From Eledone cirrhosa (Eukaryota), in contig OZ024762.1 of the NCBI GenBank assembly GCA_964016885.1, forward strand, positions 24,366,001 through 24,430,000: a DNA stretch of 64,000 nt, given 5' to 3'. The position numbers were made by a program, and so were the translations under genes. Shown here one piece after another: positions 43,041 through 57,940 of this stretch (positions are counted from its first letter, which is position 1; every line of letters begins with the position of its first letter). The notes below the pieces were generated by a model. It saw nothing but the letters and a program-made list of their open reading frames with translations, was not told the origin of the DNA and made no database searches.

Positions 43041-43243
43041 GCTGCTCAGTTAAAACATTGATTATTTCTTCTGAATTGAGTATTAATACTTTGTGATTTT
43101 CATTCTATTCAAATACCAGTAATACCTCATGGATTACCCTCTGGATTTTAATTCCTGTGTGATTTGACTTATAAGATTTGACTTATATGTTGAAATATAA
43201 ATGTACACTTGAACTTTCAATTACTCTCTTATATATATGTGTA

Positions 43244-43295
<52 letters not shown>

Positions 43296-43360
43296 GTATA
43301 TATATATAATGTAGGAGGTGAGTTTTATTGTAGCACAATAAAGCAATGCAAATATCGGAT

Positions 43361-43567
43361 AGAAATGAGATGATATATGGACTGGGGCCCATATCATTAT
43401 CATTCCACTGCAAAGTGGTCGTGTAGGTGCCACGGCAAAAAAGCACCCAGCACTCACTGTAAATGTGGTTGGTGTTAGGAAGGGCATCCAGCTGTAGAAA
43501 TCAAGCCAGAATCAGTTCCCGTCCCACCCTTGCAAGCAGGGAAAAGTGGACGTAAAATGATGATGAT
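43361..43567 (+). mobile_element. SINE type F, 5' truncated
   Basis: Matches the 3' half of 55941-56288. Confidence 0.85.
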
Positions 43568-44000
43568 ATAAAATTGAAAAAAGTGGAGATAACATGGTCA
43601 ACAGTACAAAACAGATTTATTTACAGTCTAACAATTGTTTCACTGATAGAGTTGTCTAAAAATTGCTAAACACTGAAAGTAGTGCCACTCAATTTAACAA
43701 CCTCTAATTGGATTACCTATAACAATATCTTGTTATCCTTTATATATATGTATATATATATATATATAATTATTTCTACTTTTGGCACAAGGCCAGCAAT
43801 TCACCAGTACATTACTGGTACTTTATTTTATCGATCCCAAAAGGATGAAAGGCAAAGTTAACATATACACACACATATATATACACATTCATCATCATCA
43901 TCATCATCATCATCAACGTTTAACGTCCGTGTTCCACGCTTGCATGGGTTTGGACGGGGGTTTTCCCACTTGAGGCAAGAGTGATTATCTTGCTCGCATA

Positions 44001-44455
44001 GGACTATCTGGCGGGTTTTCTACAGCTGGATGCCCTTCCTAACACCAACCACATTTACAGTGTGGGGCTGGGAGGTTTTTACCGTGTTGCCTACACGGCC
44101 ACATTACAGCGTGGACTGTCTGGCGGGTTTTCTACAGCTGGATGCTCTTCCTAACACCAACCACATTTACAGTGTGGGGCTGGGAGGTTTTTACCGTGTT
44201 GCCTACATGGCCACATTACAGCGTGGACTGTCTGGCGGGTTTTCTACAGCTGGATGCCCTTCCTAACACCAACCACATTTACCATTTACAGTGTGGGGCT
44301 GGGAGGTTTTTACCGTGTTGCCTACATGGCCACATTACAGCGTGGACTGTCTGGCGGGTTTTCTACAGCTGGATGCCCTTCCTAACACCAACCACATTTA
44401 CAGTGTGGGGCTGGGAGGTTTTTACCGTGTTGCCTACATGGCCACATTACAGCGT
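44001..44455. repeat. 112-bp tandem repeat (4 copies) inside a SINE tail
   Basis: Unit starts at 44001, 44113, 44225 and 44344 (7-bp insertion); contains tctacagctggatgcccttcctaacaccaacc. Confidence 0.92.
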
Positions 44456-45342
44456 GAACTGTGTGTTTTTTGACGTGACACCTACACGATCTCATTTGTT
44501 TCGGCCTGGATGTTGTGGCACCAACACATTATAATGTGTATATATATGTGTGTGTATATGTGTAATGTATATATATATATATCAATGTCATCATCATCAC
44601 CGTCGTTGTTTAGCATCTATATTCCACGCTAGCAAGGGTTAGACGGGTTGTCACGTTTGAGGCAAGTCGGGTCAGGTGACCCTGTCTTGCTTATATAGAA
44701 CTGTTTCTGGCTTGGTTTCTACAGCTGGATGTCTTTCCTAATGCCAACCATATTTACAGTGTGTTGGGTGCTTTTTATCAGCACACCTACATAACCACTT
44801 TACAGTTAGCTTAACCTTTCATGTATACAGGGTCAATAAAACAAAGTACCAGTAATGTACTGGGGTTGATTTAATCAACTTTCTCCTCCCCCAACATTGT
44901 TAGCCTCATACCTAAATCAGAAACCATTATTAGAGTGTCAAACAACATACCTTGTGGTGTTAGTTGTAATCCTATACATTCTGAGTTCAATTTCCGCCGG
45001 GGTTAGCTTTGCCTTTTATCTTTCTGAGACCAATAAAATAAATACCAGTGAAGTACTGGGGTTGATTTAATTAATGTTTTCCCTCTCCCATCTATGAAAA
45101 AGTTGCTGACTTTGTGTTTAAACTAGAACTTTCTTCATTTCTCATTACTCTAGTACATTCACCTGAAAATGAGTATTGGCGATTGCTGGGGAGTTAACCC
45201 TGCAATGGACTGGCATCATGTCCAAGGGGAAGTTTTCTACCTCTCAGCTGTTTAACGTTGAGGAAACTGAAATAAGCACCAGCCTGATAAACCAACGAGC
45301 TTCAGAGTGGGGTAGATAGACATCATACATGCTCTACATAAC

Positions 45343-45508
45343 CAGTGCATGATTTACCAATGTGCTTCAGTCTGCTTAAGCCCAGGGCCCTGTTGGCTAG
45401 GGGGAGCCCATCTTTCTGCCAACAACATTTTTAAAAATGAATTTTTCAAATGTTTCGGGCCTCATAACTTAACTAGCACAGGGCCTCATTTGTTCTAAAT
45501 CTGGCACT
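45343..45508. mobile_element. possible DNA-transposon MITE
   Basis: Imperfect TIRs cagtgcatgattta / taaatctggcact. Confidence 0.4.
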
Positions 45509-45816
45509 CTACATAACTGACAAGATGGTCAGCTGGCGGTGCTGGTTGGAATTATACCCATTCACTAGGACCATATCTAGGACCCTAACCAATTGTTCTG
45601 TGAATTAGGTGGTATATTTTATATGTAACCTTTACAGTCCTATTTTGGGGTGTTTTTTAAGACCCTTTTGATACCAGCTAGCCCCAAACTACCTCTGGTT
45701 CTTAGAAACATGATCTGACTTATATCACAACAGGACATCTTGTCAAACCCATTCTACCATGGAAAATGAACACTAAAAAGTGGTGATGATGATGGTACAA
45801 ATATATATATATTGAA

Positions 45817-46004
45817 AGTCGATCGACTTTTGTCAAATCGGACCGAGGTCTTTCAAATTGCTAATACTATCTATCGGTTGCAACTCCAAGCAGAAAGAGC
45901 AATTTGAAATAAAATGTCTTGCTCAAGGATAAAACACATCACTCGGTCCGGGAATTGAACTCACAACCTCACGATTGCAAAACCAATTCTCTAACCACTC
46001 AGCC
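45817..46004 (-). mobile_element. SINE type G
   Basis: Reverse complement of 27141-27348 with an internal deletion. Confidence 0.8.
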
Positions 46005-46101
46005 TTTATATATATTTAATGGAAATAGAAACAAGGAAACAAACTACACAGTACATTGAAGAAATATATTAGTTTAACACTTGATAGAGTAGAAAAGGAG
46101 G

Positions 46102-46135
46102 CTTTATGTTTCGGACACTAGTCCTTCATCGGAAG
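46102..46135 (-). ncRNA. decayed family C hammerhead
   Basis: Minus strand CTT-CCGATGA-a-GGAC-tagt-GTCC-GAA-ACAT-A-AAG; core substitution; flanks homologous to 6665-6795. Confidence 0.55.
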
Positions 46136-46333
46136 ATAGAATGAGAAATAAAAGATAAAATAGAGAAAGAGTAAAAAGAGGAATGATGTGAAACAATTTT
46201 TTTTCTAGAAAAAGCACATGTATTCAACCAGCCAATGTATGTGTTTCAAAGTTATTATTTATAGCGAATGACTGATCTTACAGTTATTTTCTTTGTTTGG
46301 GATTCCCACATTTTTTAAAATTTCAAATCACCC

Positions 46334-46366
<33 letters not shown>

Positions 46367-46369
<3 letters not shown>

Positions 46370-46708
46370 TCATTCATCATCATTTCATTTTACATCCGCT
46401 TTTTCCCTGCTTGCAAGGGTGGGATGGGAACTGATGCTGGCTTGATTTCTACAGCTGGATGCCCTTCCTAACACCAACCTCATTTACAGTGAGTGCTGGG
46501 TGCTTTTTTGCCGTGGCACCTCCACGACCACTTTACAGTGGAATGATAGGGACCCCAGTCCCTATCATCTCATTTCTACAGCTGAGTAAACTGGAGCAAT
46601 GTGAAATAAAGTGCCTTGCTCAAGGAAACAACACATCACCCGGTCTGAGAATTGAACTCACAACCTTTCGATTGCAAGGCCAATGCTCTAACCACTAAGC
46701 CATGTGCC
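46367..46708 (-). mobile_element. SINE type F
   Basis: Full head to tail match. Confidence 0.9.
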
Positions 46709-46834
46709 ATATATATATATATATATATAGTGAGCTTTTATAGACCATATTGATTTTGAAGAGAAAAATAGCGACATATAGGGTAAAGTCATATATGGTG
46801 CATACATATATATATATACATACACACACATATG

Positions 46835-46882
<48 letters not shown>

Positions 46883-46902
46883 AATATATATACATACCCA
46901 CA

Positions 46903-46970
<68 letters not shown>

Positions 46971-47097
46971 TATGTGTGTGGACACATATATACATATACA
47001 TATGTCTTTGTATAACTGTGTATATATATACACACATATATATATATATATATAACTGTATATATACATACATATATATTTATATATACATGCATAC

Positions 47098-47143
<46 letters not shown>

Positions 47144-47253
47144 TATATATATTTATATATATATAATATATTAAACTGTATATATACACATACATATGTG
47201 TATATATATATATAATATATATAATATATTAAACTGTGTATATATACACATAC

Positions 47254-47287
<34 letters not shown>

Positions 47288-48664
47288 GTCTGTAAGCTCT
47301 ATGCGTGTGTGTTAGGTGTTAGTACTAGTGAGTGTATACACATATATATCTATGTATGCATCTGTGTCTGTGTGTTGAATGCTTTGCCGGTGTGTTTACA
47401 GTTAAGTCTTTTGTGACGACATCATAAGTGTGCCATCTTAGTACTTCACTGTATTCTACCACACTCGACTGTACTCTGCCACTCATCTCTACCATTCTCT
47501 GCCGTACTCTACCGCTCTACACCATTCTACACCATTTTCCACTGTACTTTACCGTACAGAGTTGTACGGAGACGTTTCTACCACTTCTGCTATGACTCCG
47601 AAATCTCACATGAATCGCAAGGTTTGTCCGCACACCATATATATATATATATAAAGATGTATGTATATATCTATGTATGTATGTATGTATGTATCTATGT
47701 ATGTATGTATATATATATAAAGATGTATGTATATATCTATGTATGTATGTATGTATGTATGTATGTATGTATGTATGTATGTATATATCTATCTATGTAT
47801 GTATGTATATATATGTATATATGTATAAAGATATATGTATATATCTATGTATGTATGTATCTCTGTATGTATGTATGTATGTATATGTATATATGTATAA
47901 AGATATATGTATATATCTATCTATGTATGTATGTATGTACATATATGTATATATGTATAAAGATATATGTATATATCTATGTATCTATGTAGGTATGTAT
48001 ATATGTATACAGATATATGTATATATCTATCTATGTATGTATCTCTGTATGTACATATATGTATATATGTATAAAGATGTATGTATGTATGTATGTATGT
48101 ATATATATGTATATATGTATAAAGATATATATATATCTATCTATGTGTGCCTGTATAAGTATGTGTGTGTGTATACATGTGAACGTATGTATATGTATAT
48201 ATCTATAAATATATGTGTATATATATGAACGTATCTCTCTCTCACTCTCACCCTCTCACAACGTCTCTCTCACTCTTTTACTCTCTCTCTCTATATATAT
48301 ATATACATATGTATATATATATATCTATATCTATGTGTATATCTCTATAAATATATATGTATGTATATCTCTGTCTATATATATATATATATATATAGAC
48401 AATGTATGTATGTATGTATGTATGTATATCTGGGTGTGTATATATATATATCTTTCTATATATATTCCTGTGTATTTCTTTATTAATCTTCCCTGTCTGA
48501 TTTCTACACCTTATCTACTCAGTACAAAACCCCTTTCGCTATTGAATTAATAGTTGCCGCTCTGAGACAAGAAATTCATTTCATTTATCATCAAGTGTTC
48601 ATCGGGCCTACCTACACAGCCTCTTGTTGTTTTCTTGCAAAGACGGCTGCAATAGATTCTTATT

Positions 48665-48693
<29 letters not shown>

Positions 48694-48695
<2 letters not shown>

Positions 48696-48884
48696 GGAAC
48701 GAGTAAGACCCCGACGGCTGAGCTCAAGCCGTTTCGACGGCTAATTCAGTCCAGAATTAGCCGTCGAAACGGCTTGAGCTCAGCCGTCGGGGTCCTACTC
48801 GTTCCTATTACCCACTATACTACCCTAAGTATTGAGTACTTTGGTGCGTTATGGTCCACCTGGTTCCTTACCACATTTCCTTCG

Positions 48885-48886
<2 letters not shown>
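48694..48886 (+). mobile_element. family A fold-back element
   Basis: Hairpin 48694-48807 plus body in (TA)n. Confidence 0.85.
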
Positions 48887-48919
<33 letters not shown>

Positions 48920-49157
48920 TATACACACTTATATACATACACATATATATATACATATATATACACACAAATGTATATACATATATATATACATACGCAC
49001 TTATATACCGTCTAACCCATGCTAGCATGCAAGAACGGACGTAAAACGGTGATGATGATGATGATACATACATATATACATATATTCACACTTATATACA
49101 TACATATATACATACACACACATATATATATATATATATACACACACTTATATACAT

Positions 49158-49202
<45 letters not shown>

Positions 49203-49693
49203 TATATACATACATATATACAGACATACATATGTGTGTCTGTATATATATATATACATACATACACACATATATACATACACACATATATACATTATAT
49301 ATGTTCATTATATTTATATATTGCTAGGGGAGCTTATTTTTTTGCTTAGTAGTTTGTGTTGTGTTTTTTATGTGTGAATTCTTCTTTTTTCTGATATATA
49401 TACATATATGTATATATCTGTGTATGTGTATATATATCTGTGTGTATATGTCTGTGTGTATATGTCTGTGTGTATTATATCTTTAATTCTTCTCCATCTA
49501 AAAGATCACCTTTCTAGTTCTATATTACCATTTTATCTCTCAGTGCTGCTAAAATATATATTATTGGCAGAATGAAGAGAAAGGAAGGGTGAGGGAGAGC
49601 AGCTAGAGAGCGACATATATATACACATATACATATATATATATATATGTATATGTGGGTTTCTGTGTGTGTTTGTATATATATGTGTGCGTG

Positions 49694-49724
<31 letters not shown>

Positions 49725-49809
49725 ATATATATATATGTGTGTATATATGTGTGCCTGTGTGTCTATATATATATATATATATATGTGTGTGTGAGCATGT
49801 GTATATATC

Positions 49810-50010
49810 AAATTTAATATAGAAATGGCTTCTACAGGATTAGAACTGTTTCCTTCGAAATAAATCCCCTGGCTTTCCTGAGGATTTCTTTCGAACGAAA
49901 CAATCCTAGTCTTTTAGAAGCCATTTCTTTCTATAATAAATTTGATGTTTACACACTACTAATATATTGAGTACCTTCCTCACTGTGGCCACCCCCGATT
50001 AAACCTGGGA

Positions 50011-50015
<5 letters not shown>
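49810..50015 (+). mobile_element. family B fold-back element with decayed hammerhead
   Basis: CTGAGGA (49878)-tttctttcgaac-GAAA (49897); inverted 5' arm; body ends gggactcac. Confidence 0.68.
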
Positions 50016-50093
<78 letters not shown>

Positions 50094-50444
50094 ATATATA
50101 TATATCTATATATGTAAATGCTGAGAGAACGAGGTAGAGCTTCAAAGAGAGAATGCGTGTGTGTGTGTTTGAGTTTGGATGTGGTGGTTATATTCAAAAG
50201 ACTTTGGAGATTTCCAGTAGCCAGCTCCCTCTTCTTGTTCTTCTTCCTCTCCTTCCTCTCCTTCATCTTCATCTTCCCTCATTCCCCTTTCACTGCCATC
50301 CGCTTCTCCATCCACTTCCTCTTTCCCACCATTCCATCTTTCTCTCTCAATGTTCTCTGTATCAGCCACCATTTTGATATTAAGAATGGTGCTGAGAATG
50401 TTAGAATGTGAGATGAGAAACGAGAGCAGAGCAGGAAAGCATGC

Positions 50445-50750
50445 TCTGTGTGTGTGTGTATTGGTGTGTGTGTGGGTTTCTGTGTGTGTATTGGTGTGTG
50501 TGTGTATTGGTGTGTGGGTTTCTGTGTGTGTATTGGTGTGTGTGGGTTTCTGTGTGTGGGTTTCTGTGTGTGTATTGGTGTGTGTGGGTTTCTGTGTGTG
50601 TGTATTGGTTCGTGTGGGTTTCTGTGTGTGTGTATTGGTGTATGTGAGTTTCTGTGTGTGTGTATTGGTGTGTGTGGGTTTCTGTGTGTGTGTATTGGTG
50701 TATGTGGGTTTCTGTGTGTGTATTGGTGTGTGGGGGTTTCTGTGTGTGGT
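50445..50750. repeat. 28-30 bp GT-rich minisatellite
   Basis: ttggtgtgtgtgggtttctgtgtgtgta units. Confidence 0.9.
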
Positions 50751-50866
50751 GTGCATGTGTGTGTCTTGTGTTCATGCATAAATATATATGTTGTTTGATG
50801 TATGTGTGTGAATATATGGCATACATGTGTGTGTATACATAGGATAGGTGGGTGTGTGGAGTGTGC

Positions 50867-50897
<31 letters not shown>

Positions 50898-50970
50898 GCT
50901 AGAGTGGAAGATAGACGGTAAACGATGATGATGATGATGATGTGAAGTCTGTGTATAATTTACATACATT

Positions 50971-51004
<34 letters not shown>

Positions 51005-51048
51005 AATGTCCACACGTCTTGCGTGCAAGTCAATATATACACACACAC

Positions 51049-51095
<47 letters not shown>

Positions 51096-51157
51096 TATAT
51101 ATATATATACACACACACATATGCGTAGTGAACGCTCACTACACATACATGTATGTA

Positions 51158-51191
<34 letters not shown>

Positions 51192-51499
51192 CTCGCAAAC
51201 ATACAAGCACATGTATGTATAATGTGTATATATGTGCAATAGAATGACAGGAATGAGGTCTATACTGAATGCACCCAGTTTAAGAGACCAATCATGTATG
51301 TTAGTGAGTGTATATATGCATATTAGTGTCTATACGTGTGTATATGTGTGTATATAATCATATATGATTCTTATTATTGCCATTGATAAATATACACACA
51401 TTCTATATTACACATGTATATATGTGTTTCAATGTGGGATGCTAAACTATATATATATATATATATATATTCACATACATATATACACATATACATACA

Positions 51500-52135
51500 C
51501 GTATATATACATTGTACATATATAAACATACACATATATACATACATTGTACATATATAAACATACACATATATACATACATTGTACATATCTATACATA
51601 CATTGTACATATATAAACATACACATATATACATACATTGTACATATATAAACATACACATATATACATACATTGTACATATATATACATACATTGTACA
51701 TATATAAACATACACATATATACATACATTGTACATATCTATACATACATTGTACATATATAAACATACACATATATACATACATTGTACATATATAAAC
51801 ATACACATATATACATACATTGTACATATATATACGTACATTGAACATATATAAACATACACATATATACATACATTGTACATATATAAACATACACATA
51901 TATACATACATTGTACATATATATATACATACATTGGACATATATAAACATACACATATATACATACATCGTACATATATATACATACACATATATACAT
52001 ACATTGTACATATATAAACATACACATATATACATACATTGTACATATCTATACATACATTGTACATATATATATACATACATTGGACATATATAAACAT
52101 ACACATATACATACATTGTACATATATAAACATAC
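51500..52135. repeat. about 36-bp cattgtacatatataaacatacac minisatellite
   Basis: Direct inspection. Confidence 0.9.
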
Positions 52136-52223
52136 AACACATATACACCCAAATATATGTGTACATACATATATATATGTATGTATATACACGTGTTGGT
52201 GTATATTTCTTTAATATATAGTG

Positions 52224-52261
<38 letters not shown>

Positions 52262-52549
52262 ATGTATATATATGTGTGTATATATAAAGTGAGAGAGATT
52301 TCTGCATATTGTCTTTTTTTCTATCTTTCTCTTTCTCCCCCTCTATCACACACTCTTGCTCTCTCTCTCTCTCTTTCCCCCTCTATCACACACTCTTGCT
52401 CTCTCTCTCTCTTTCCCCCTCTATCACACACTCTTGCTCTCTCTCTCTCTTTCCCCCTCTATCACACACTCTTGCTCTCTCTCTCCCTAATGACTTTACT
52501 GTTTTCCATCTCTTCGAGATTCTTCTTCCTCTTCATCTTCTTTTCCGTC

Positions 52550-53680
52550 ACCAACAACAACACCACCACCATCACTAACATCATCACCATAACAACCATC
52601 ACCACCATCACTAACATCATCACCATAACAACCATCACCACCATCACTAACATCATCACCATAACAACAACCACCACCATCACCACCACATCAACCACTA
52701 ACACCAGCATCGTCGCACCACCACCACCACCCCATCATCACACCACCACCACCACCCCCATCATCACACCACCACCACCACCCCCATCACACCACAAACA
52801 GCATCACTATCACCACCAACACCATCAATACCAACGCCACCACCACCACCCCATCATCACACCACCACCACCCCCATCACACCACAAACAGCATCACTAT
52901 CACCACCAACACCATCAATACCAACACCACCACCACCACCACCACCCCATCATCACACCACCACCACCACCCCCATCACACCACAAACAGCATCACTATC
53001 ACCACCAACACCATCAATACCAACGCCACCACCACCACCATTACACCACCACCACCACCCCCATCACACCACAAACAGCATCACTATCACCACCAACACC
53101 ATCAATACCAACGCCACCACCACCACCATTACACCACCACCACCACCCCCATCACACCACAAACAGCATCACTATCACCACCAACACCATCAATACCAAC
53201 GCCACCACCACCACCATTACACCACCACCACCACCCCCATCACACCACAAACAGCATCACTATCACCACCAACACCATCAATACCAACGCCCCCACCACC
53301 ACCATTACACCACCACCACCACCACCATTACACCACCACCACCACCCCCATCACACCACAAACAGCATCACTATCACCACCAACACCATCAATACCAACG
53401 CCACCACCACCACCATTACACCACCACCACCACCCCCATCACACCACAAACAGCATCACTATCACCACCAACACCATCAATACCAACGCCACCACCATTA
53501 CACCACCACCACCACCCCCATCACACCACAAACAGCATCACTATTACCACCAACACCATCAATACCAACGCCATAACCATCACCCCCGCCACCGCCACCA
53601 CCATCACCCCCCACCACCACCATTACACCACCACTACCGCCGCCACCACCACCACCATTACACCACCACCGCCGCCACCA
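52550..53680. repeat. (CAC)n-derived repeat with about 88-bp higher unit
   Basis: cacaaacagcatcactatcaccaccaacaccatcaatacc at 52982, 53070, 53158, 53246 and others. Confidence 0.9.
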
Positions 53681-54774
53681 CAGTTGATACCACAGTCAGT
53701 GGCTCCATCTATTGGAAACATCTAAGGACAAAGAAAGAATGAGAAACCTCAGCTAACTCTCGTCTGTCTGTCTGTCTTTGTGTGTGTGTCACTGCTATTT
53801 CTGTGTGTTCCTGTGTGTGTGTTTATGTGTGTGTTCCTGTGTGTGTGTTCCTGTGTGTGTTTATGTGTGTGTTCCTGTGTGTGTGCTTATGTGTGTGTGT
53901 TCCTGTGTGTGTTTATGTGTGTGTTCCTGTGTGTGTGCTTATGTGTGTGTGTTCCTGTGTGTGTTTATGTGTGTTATTGTGCATGTGTTCCTGTGTGTGT
54001 GTTTCTGCCTGTGTCATCCTGTGTGTGTATCTTTAGGTGTGTGTGTGTGTTCTTATATGTGTGTCTTTCTCTGTGTGGCCCCATGTGTGTGTGTCAGCCA
54101 GTATGTGTGTGTGTGTGTGTGTGTGTATGTGTGTTCCTATGTGTTTTTCTGTATGTTCCCATGTGTGTGTGTCAGCCTGTATATATATGTGTGTGTGTCA
54201 GCCTGTATATATATGTGTATGTGTCAGCCTGTATATATGTGTGTATGTGTCAGCCTGTATATATATGTGTGTGTGTGTCAGCCTATATATATGTGTGTGT
54301 ATGTCAGCCTGTATATATGTGTGTGTGTGTGTGAAGTCTTCTGTACAACTGAGTTTTTCAAATCTAAAACGCAGAATTCAGTTCCATCGTTTCGTTCCTA
54401 ATTTTCTGATTATTATTGAATATTTCACATATATACACTATATATATATTATATATATAGTGTATATATATTATATATATATATACACTATATATACACA
54501 CTATATATATTATATATATATATACACTATATATATTATATATATATATACACTATATATATTATATATATATAGTGTATATATATTATATATATATACA
54601 CTATATATATTATATATATAGTGTATATATATTATATATATATACACTGCATATATTATATATATATACACACTATATATATTATATATATATACACTAC
54701 ATATATTATATATATATACACACTATATATATTATATATATACACTATATATATTATATATATACACACACACA

Positions 54775-54812
<38 letters not shown>

Positions 54813-54981
54813 ACACACATACACTATATATATATATACACACACTATATATACATATATATTTATACATACACACACGCTCCATATATATATACACACA
54901 CGCTATATATATATATATACACACGCTATATAGAACAGGCTCTTCCATCTACCCTCCTATATCATGTTCACTCTCTTCCCC

Positions 54982-54989
54982 CTACTACT

Positions 54990-55024
<35 letters not shown>

Positions 55025-55237
55025 CACTACTACTACTACTACCACCACTACTACTACCACTACTACTACTGTTACTACTACCTCCACCACCACTACTTCT
55101 ACCACTACTACTACTACTACCACTACTACTACAACTACTATTACTACCACCACTACTACTTCTACCACTACTACTACTACCACTACTACTACAACTACTA
55201 CTACTACCACCCACTACTACTACTACAACTACTACCG

Positions 55238-55271
<34 letters not shown>

Positions 55272-55458
55272 AACTGCTGCTGCTGCCACTACTACCACTA
55301 CTACTACTACTACTACTACTTCTACAAACTACTACTACTACTACTACTACTGCTGCCAACTACTACAACTACTACAACTACTACTACTATTACTACCACC
55401 ACTACCTACTACTACTACTACTGATACTACTACTACTTCTACTTCTACTACCACCACC

Positions 55459-55490
<32 letters not shown>
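54982..55490. repeat. (CTA/CCA)n trinucleotide repeat
   Basis: Direct inspection. Confidence 0.95.
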
Positions 55491-55940
55491 ATTAATCAAC
55501 CTTGAACAACAACATCATCACCATCATCATCTATTAAGTCAATACCCAAAACATCAGTGTTCCCTGCTAACAAGGTTTACCAGGTATTGAGTCCTATACC
55601 AAGCTAAGCCACTGACCTTCAAATTCCTTCTCCATTCAAACATTCCTGTCACATTACAACTGACACTAACGCCCCCCCCCCCCTCTCTCTATGTCTGTCT
55701 ATTCTGTTTATCCCTATCTCTCCCTATCTCTCCATCTATCAACCTATCTATCTCCATATGCACACACACACACACTCTCTCCTCACTCTCTCCCGCTATA
55801 TATGTGTTGTGTGTGTGTATATATATATATATATACACAATGTAATGTATCTTACATTGCCCATTGAGTGCGCTGAGATACAACTGGTACTAGGGCATTG
55901 ATAAATATGCTGGGTCCGTCAACCCTTATTATATATATAT

Positions 55941-56288
55941 GGAGGCACATGGCTTAGTGGTTAGAGCATTGGCCTTGCAATCGAAAGGTGTGAGTTCAAT
56001 TCTCGGACCGGGTGATGTGTTTGTTTCCTTGAGGCAAGACACTTTATTTCACATTGCTCCAGTTTACTCAGCTGTAGAAATGAGATGATAGGGACTGGGT
56101 CCCGATCATTCCACTGCAAAGTGGTCGTGGAGGGTGCCACGGCAAAAAAAGCACCCAGCACTTACTGTAAATGAGGTTTTGGTGTTAGGAAGGGCATCCA
56201 GCTGTAGAAAATCAAGCCAGAATCAGTTCCCGTCCCACCCTTGCAAGCAGGGGAAAAGTGGACGTAAAATGAAATGAATGAAATGAAT
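55941..56288 (+). mobile_element. SINE type F, full length
   Basis: ggaggcacatggcttagtggttagagc head; aaatg-repeat tail. Confidence 0.9.
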
Positions 56289-56293
56289 ATATA

Positions 56294-56434
56294 TAGGAAC
56301 GAGTAGGACCCCGACGGCTGAGCTCAAGCGTCGGGTCCTACTGGGTCTACGTTCTATTACCCACTCTACTACCCTAAGTATTGAGTACTTTGGTGCGTTA
56401 TGGTCCACCTGGTTCTTTACCACATTTCTTCGTT
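56294..56434 (+). mobile_element. family A element with centrally deleted hairpin
   Basis: Arm taggaacgagtaggaccccgacggctgagctcaagc, then body. Confidence 0.75.
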
Positions 56435-56579
56435 ATATATATATGTAGAAGAGATATTTAATTTTGTTGGAAATCCAACACATATAGATGTTTATAACTG
56501 ATACAGAGCACTCAACAAGTTTCTGGAGTAAGTATTCAATGATATTAATAAATGGAAACTATATTTATAAAATCATATT

Positions 56580-56642
56580 TATTCTATTATATATTATTTC
56601 AAGGGTGCCAAAAATGTTGGTACGCTATCATCAGATAAAATA
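56580..56642 (-). ncRNA. family D hammerhead (mirror copy, slightly damaged)
   Basis: Minus strand tattttat-CTGATGA-tagcgtaccaacatttttggcaccctt-GAAA-taatatata-atagaata. Confidence 0.65.
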
Positions 56643-56767
56643 CGAAGTGTGTTTTATAAATATTTGACATGACCAAGGATAATATACCTTAACGGTTCAA
56701 GTTATCCCTTGAAGAACCATTAAAGTATATTATCCTTGGTCATGTCAAATATTTATAAAACATTTTG

Positions 56768-56829
56768 TATTTTATCTGATGATAGCGTACCAACATTGTT
56801 GGTACCCTTGAAATATATATAATAGAATA
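56768..56829 (+). ncRNA. type I hammerhead ribozyme (family D)
   Basis: TATTTTAT-CTGATGA-tAG-C-GTACCAAC-att-GTTGGTAC-C-CTt-GAA-ATATATAT-A-ATAGAATA. Confidence 0.82.
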
Positions 56830-57004
56830 AATATGGTTTTATAAATATAGTTTCCATTTATTTAATATCATTGAATACTTACTCCAGAAACTTGTTGAGT
56901 GCTCTGAATCAGTTATAAACATCTATATTTGTTGATTCCAACAATTCAATATCTCTTCTATATATAAATATATAATATATAAATATATATATACACACAC
57001 ACAT

Positions 57005-57037
<33 letters not shown>

Positions 57038-57549
57038 TCACATCCAATCTCCACAAACAAGCCTTAAGCTCAAACCTGTAAACCCCAAGCATTCAACACC
57101 ACCACCACCACCACCATCATCACAACCACCAACACCATCATCATCATCATCAACAACAACAGCAGCCCACAAGCATCTTCCATCATATATCCAGACAGAC
57201 ACGTGTAAGTAGAATAGGATAGAGAGAGAGATAGAGGGAGAGAGAGAGAAGCTTGAGGGTTAGGCAAGGTAAGGTAGGAGGGAATCAGGTGTGTGATGGC
57301 TGAGAGTGGGTGGGGTGGGGATAAGTGAGAGAGGGGGGTTGGTGGGTGGTCGGTGGTGAACATGTTGACAATGACATACAAATGACAGACAGGCAGAGAG
57401 ATAAGCTTCTCTCTGCTTCTCCCCCTCTCTAATATTTAACATCACTGGAAGTAAACAACCTGCTTACCCAATCATTCATAAGTAGAGCTATGTCTTTAGT
57501 TATTTAGTTGGTGGTTTGTTTGTTTGTCCTTTTTGGTGGGTGGATGCTG

Positions 57550-57835
<286 letters not shown>

Positions 57836-57885
57836 AAATAAAGTTAAATAAAAAGTCAAATGTTTAAAATTTAGCTTTGTTTATT

Positions 57886-57940
57886 ACTGCTATATATATT
57901 TCAGTGACATCCATCTTTGGCTGTGACCTCTTCAGGCAGT
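57886..57940 (-). ncRNA. type I hammerhead ribozyme (C-C stem II group)
   Basis: Minus strand ACTGC-CTGAAGA-GGT-C-ACAgCCA-aaga-TGGaTGT-C-ACT-GAA-ATATATAT-A-GCAGT, then AATAAA. Confidence 0.82.

Larger units (their letters stand above)
56446..56960. repeat. long palindrome (about 250-bp arms, about 15-nt spacer), family D element
   Basis: 56446-56698 is the reverse complement of about 56714-56960 with few mismatches; TA flanks. Confidence 0.92.

Noticed and set aside
43625-43660. GAAACAATTGTT palindromic stem III on the minus strand (similar at about 12005-12020)
   Set aside because: No CUGANGA box upstream.
52157-53725. 522-aa His/Pro/Thr-rich ORF
   Set aside because: The 88-bp unit is not a multiple of three, so the peptide cycles through frames; simple-repeat origin.
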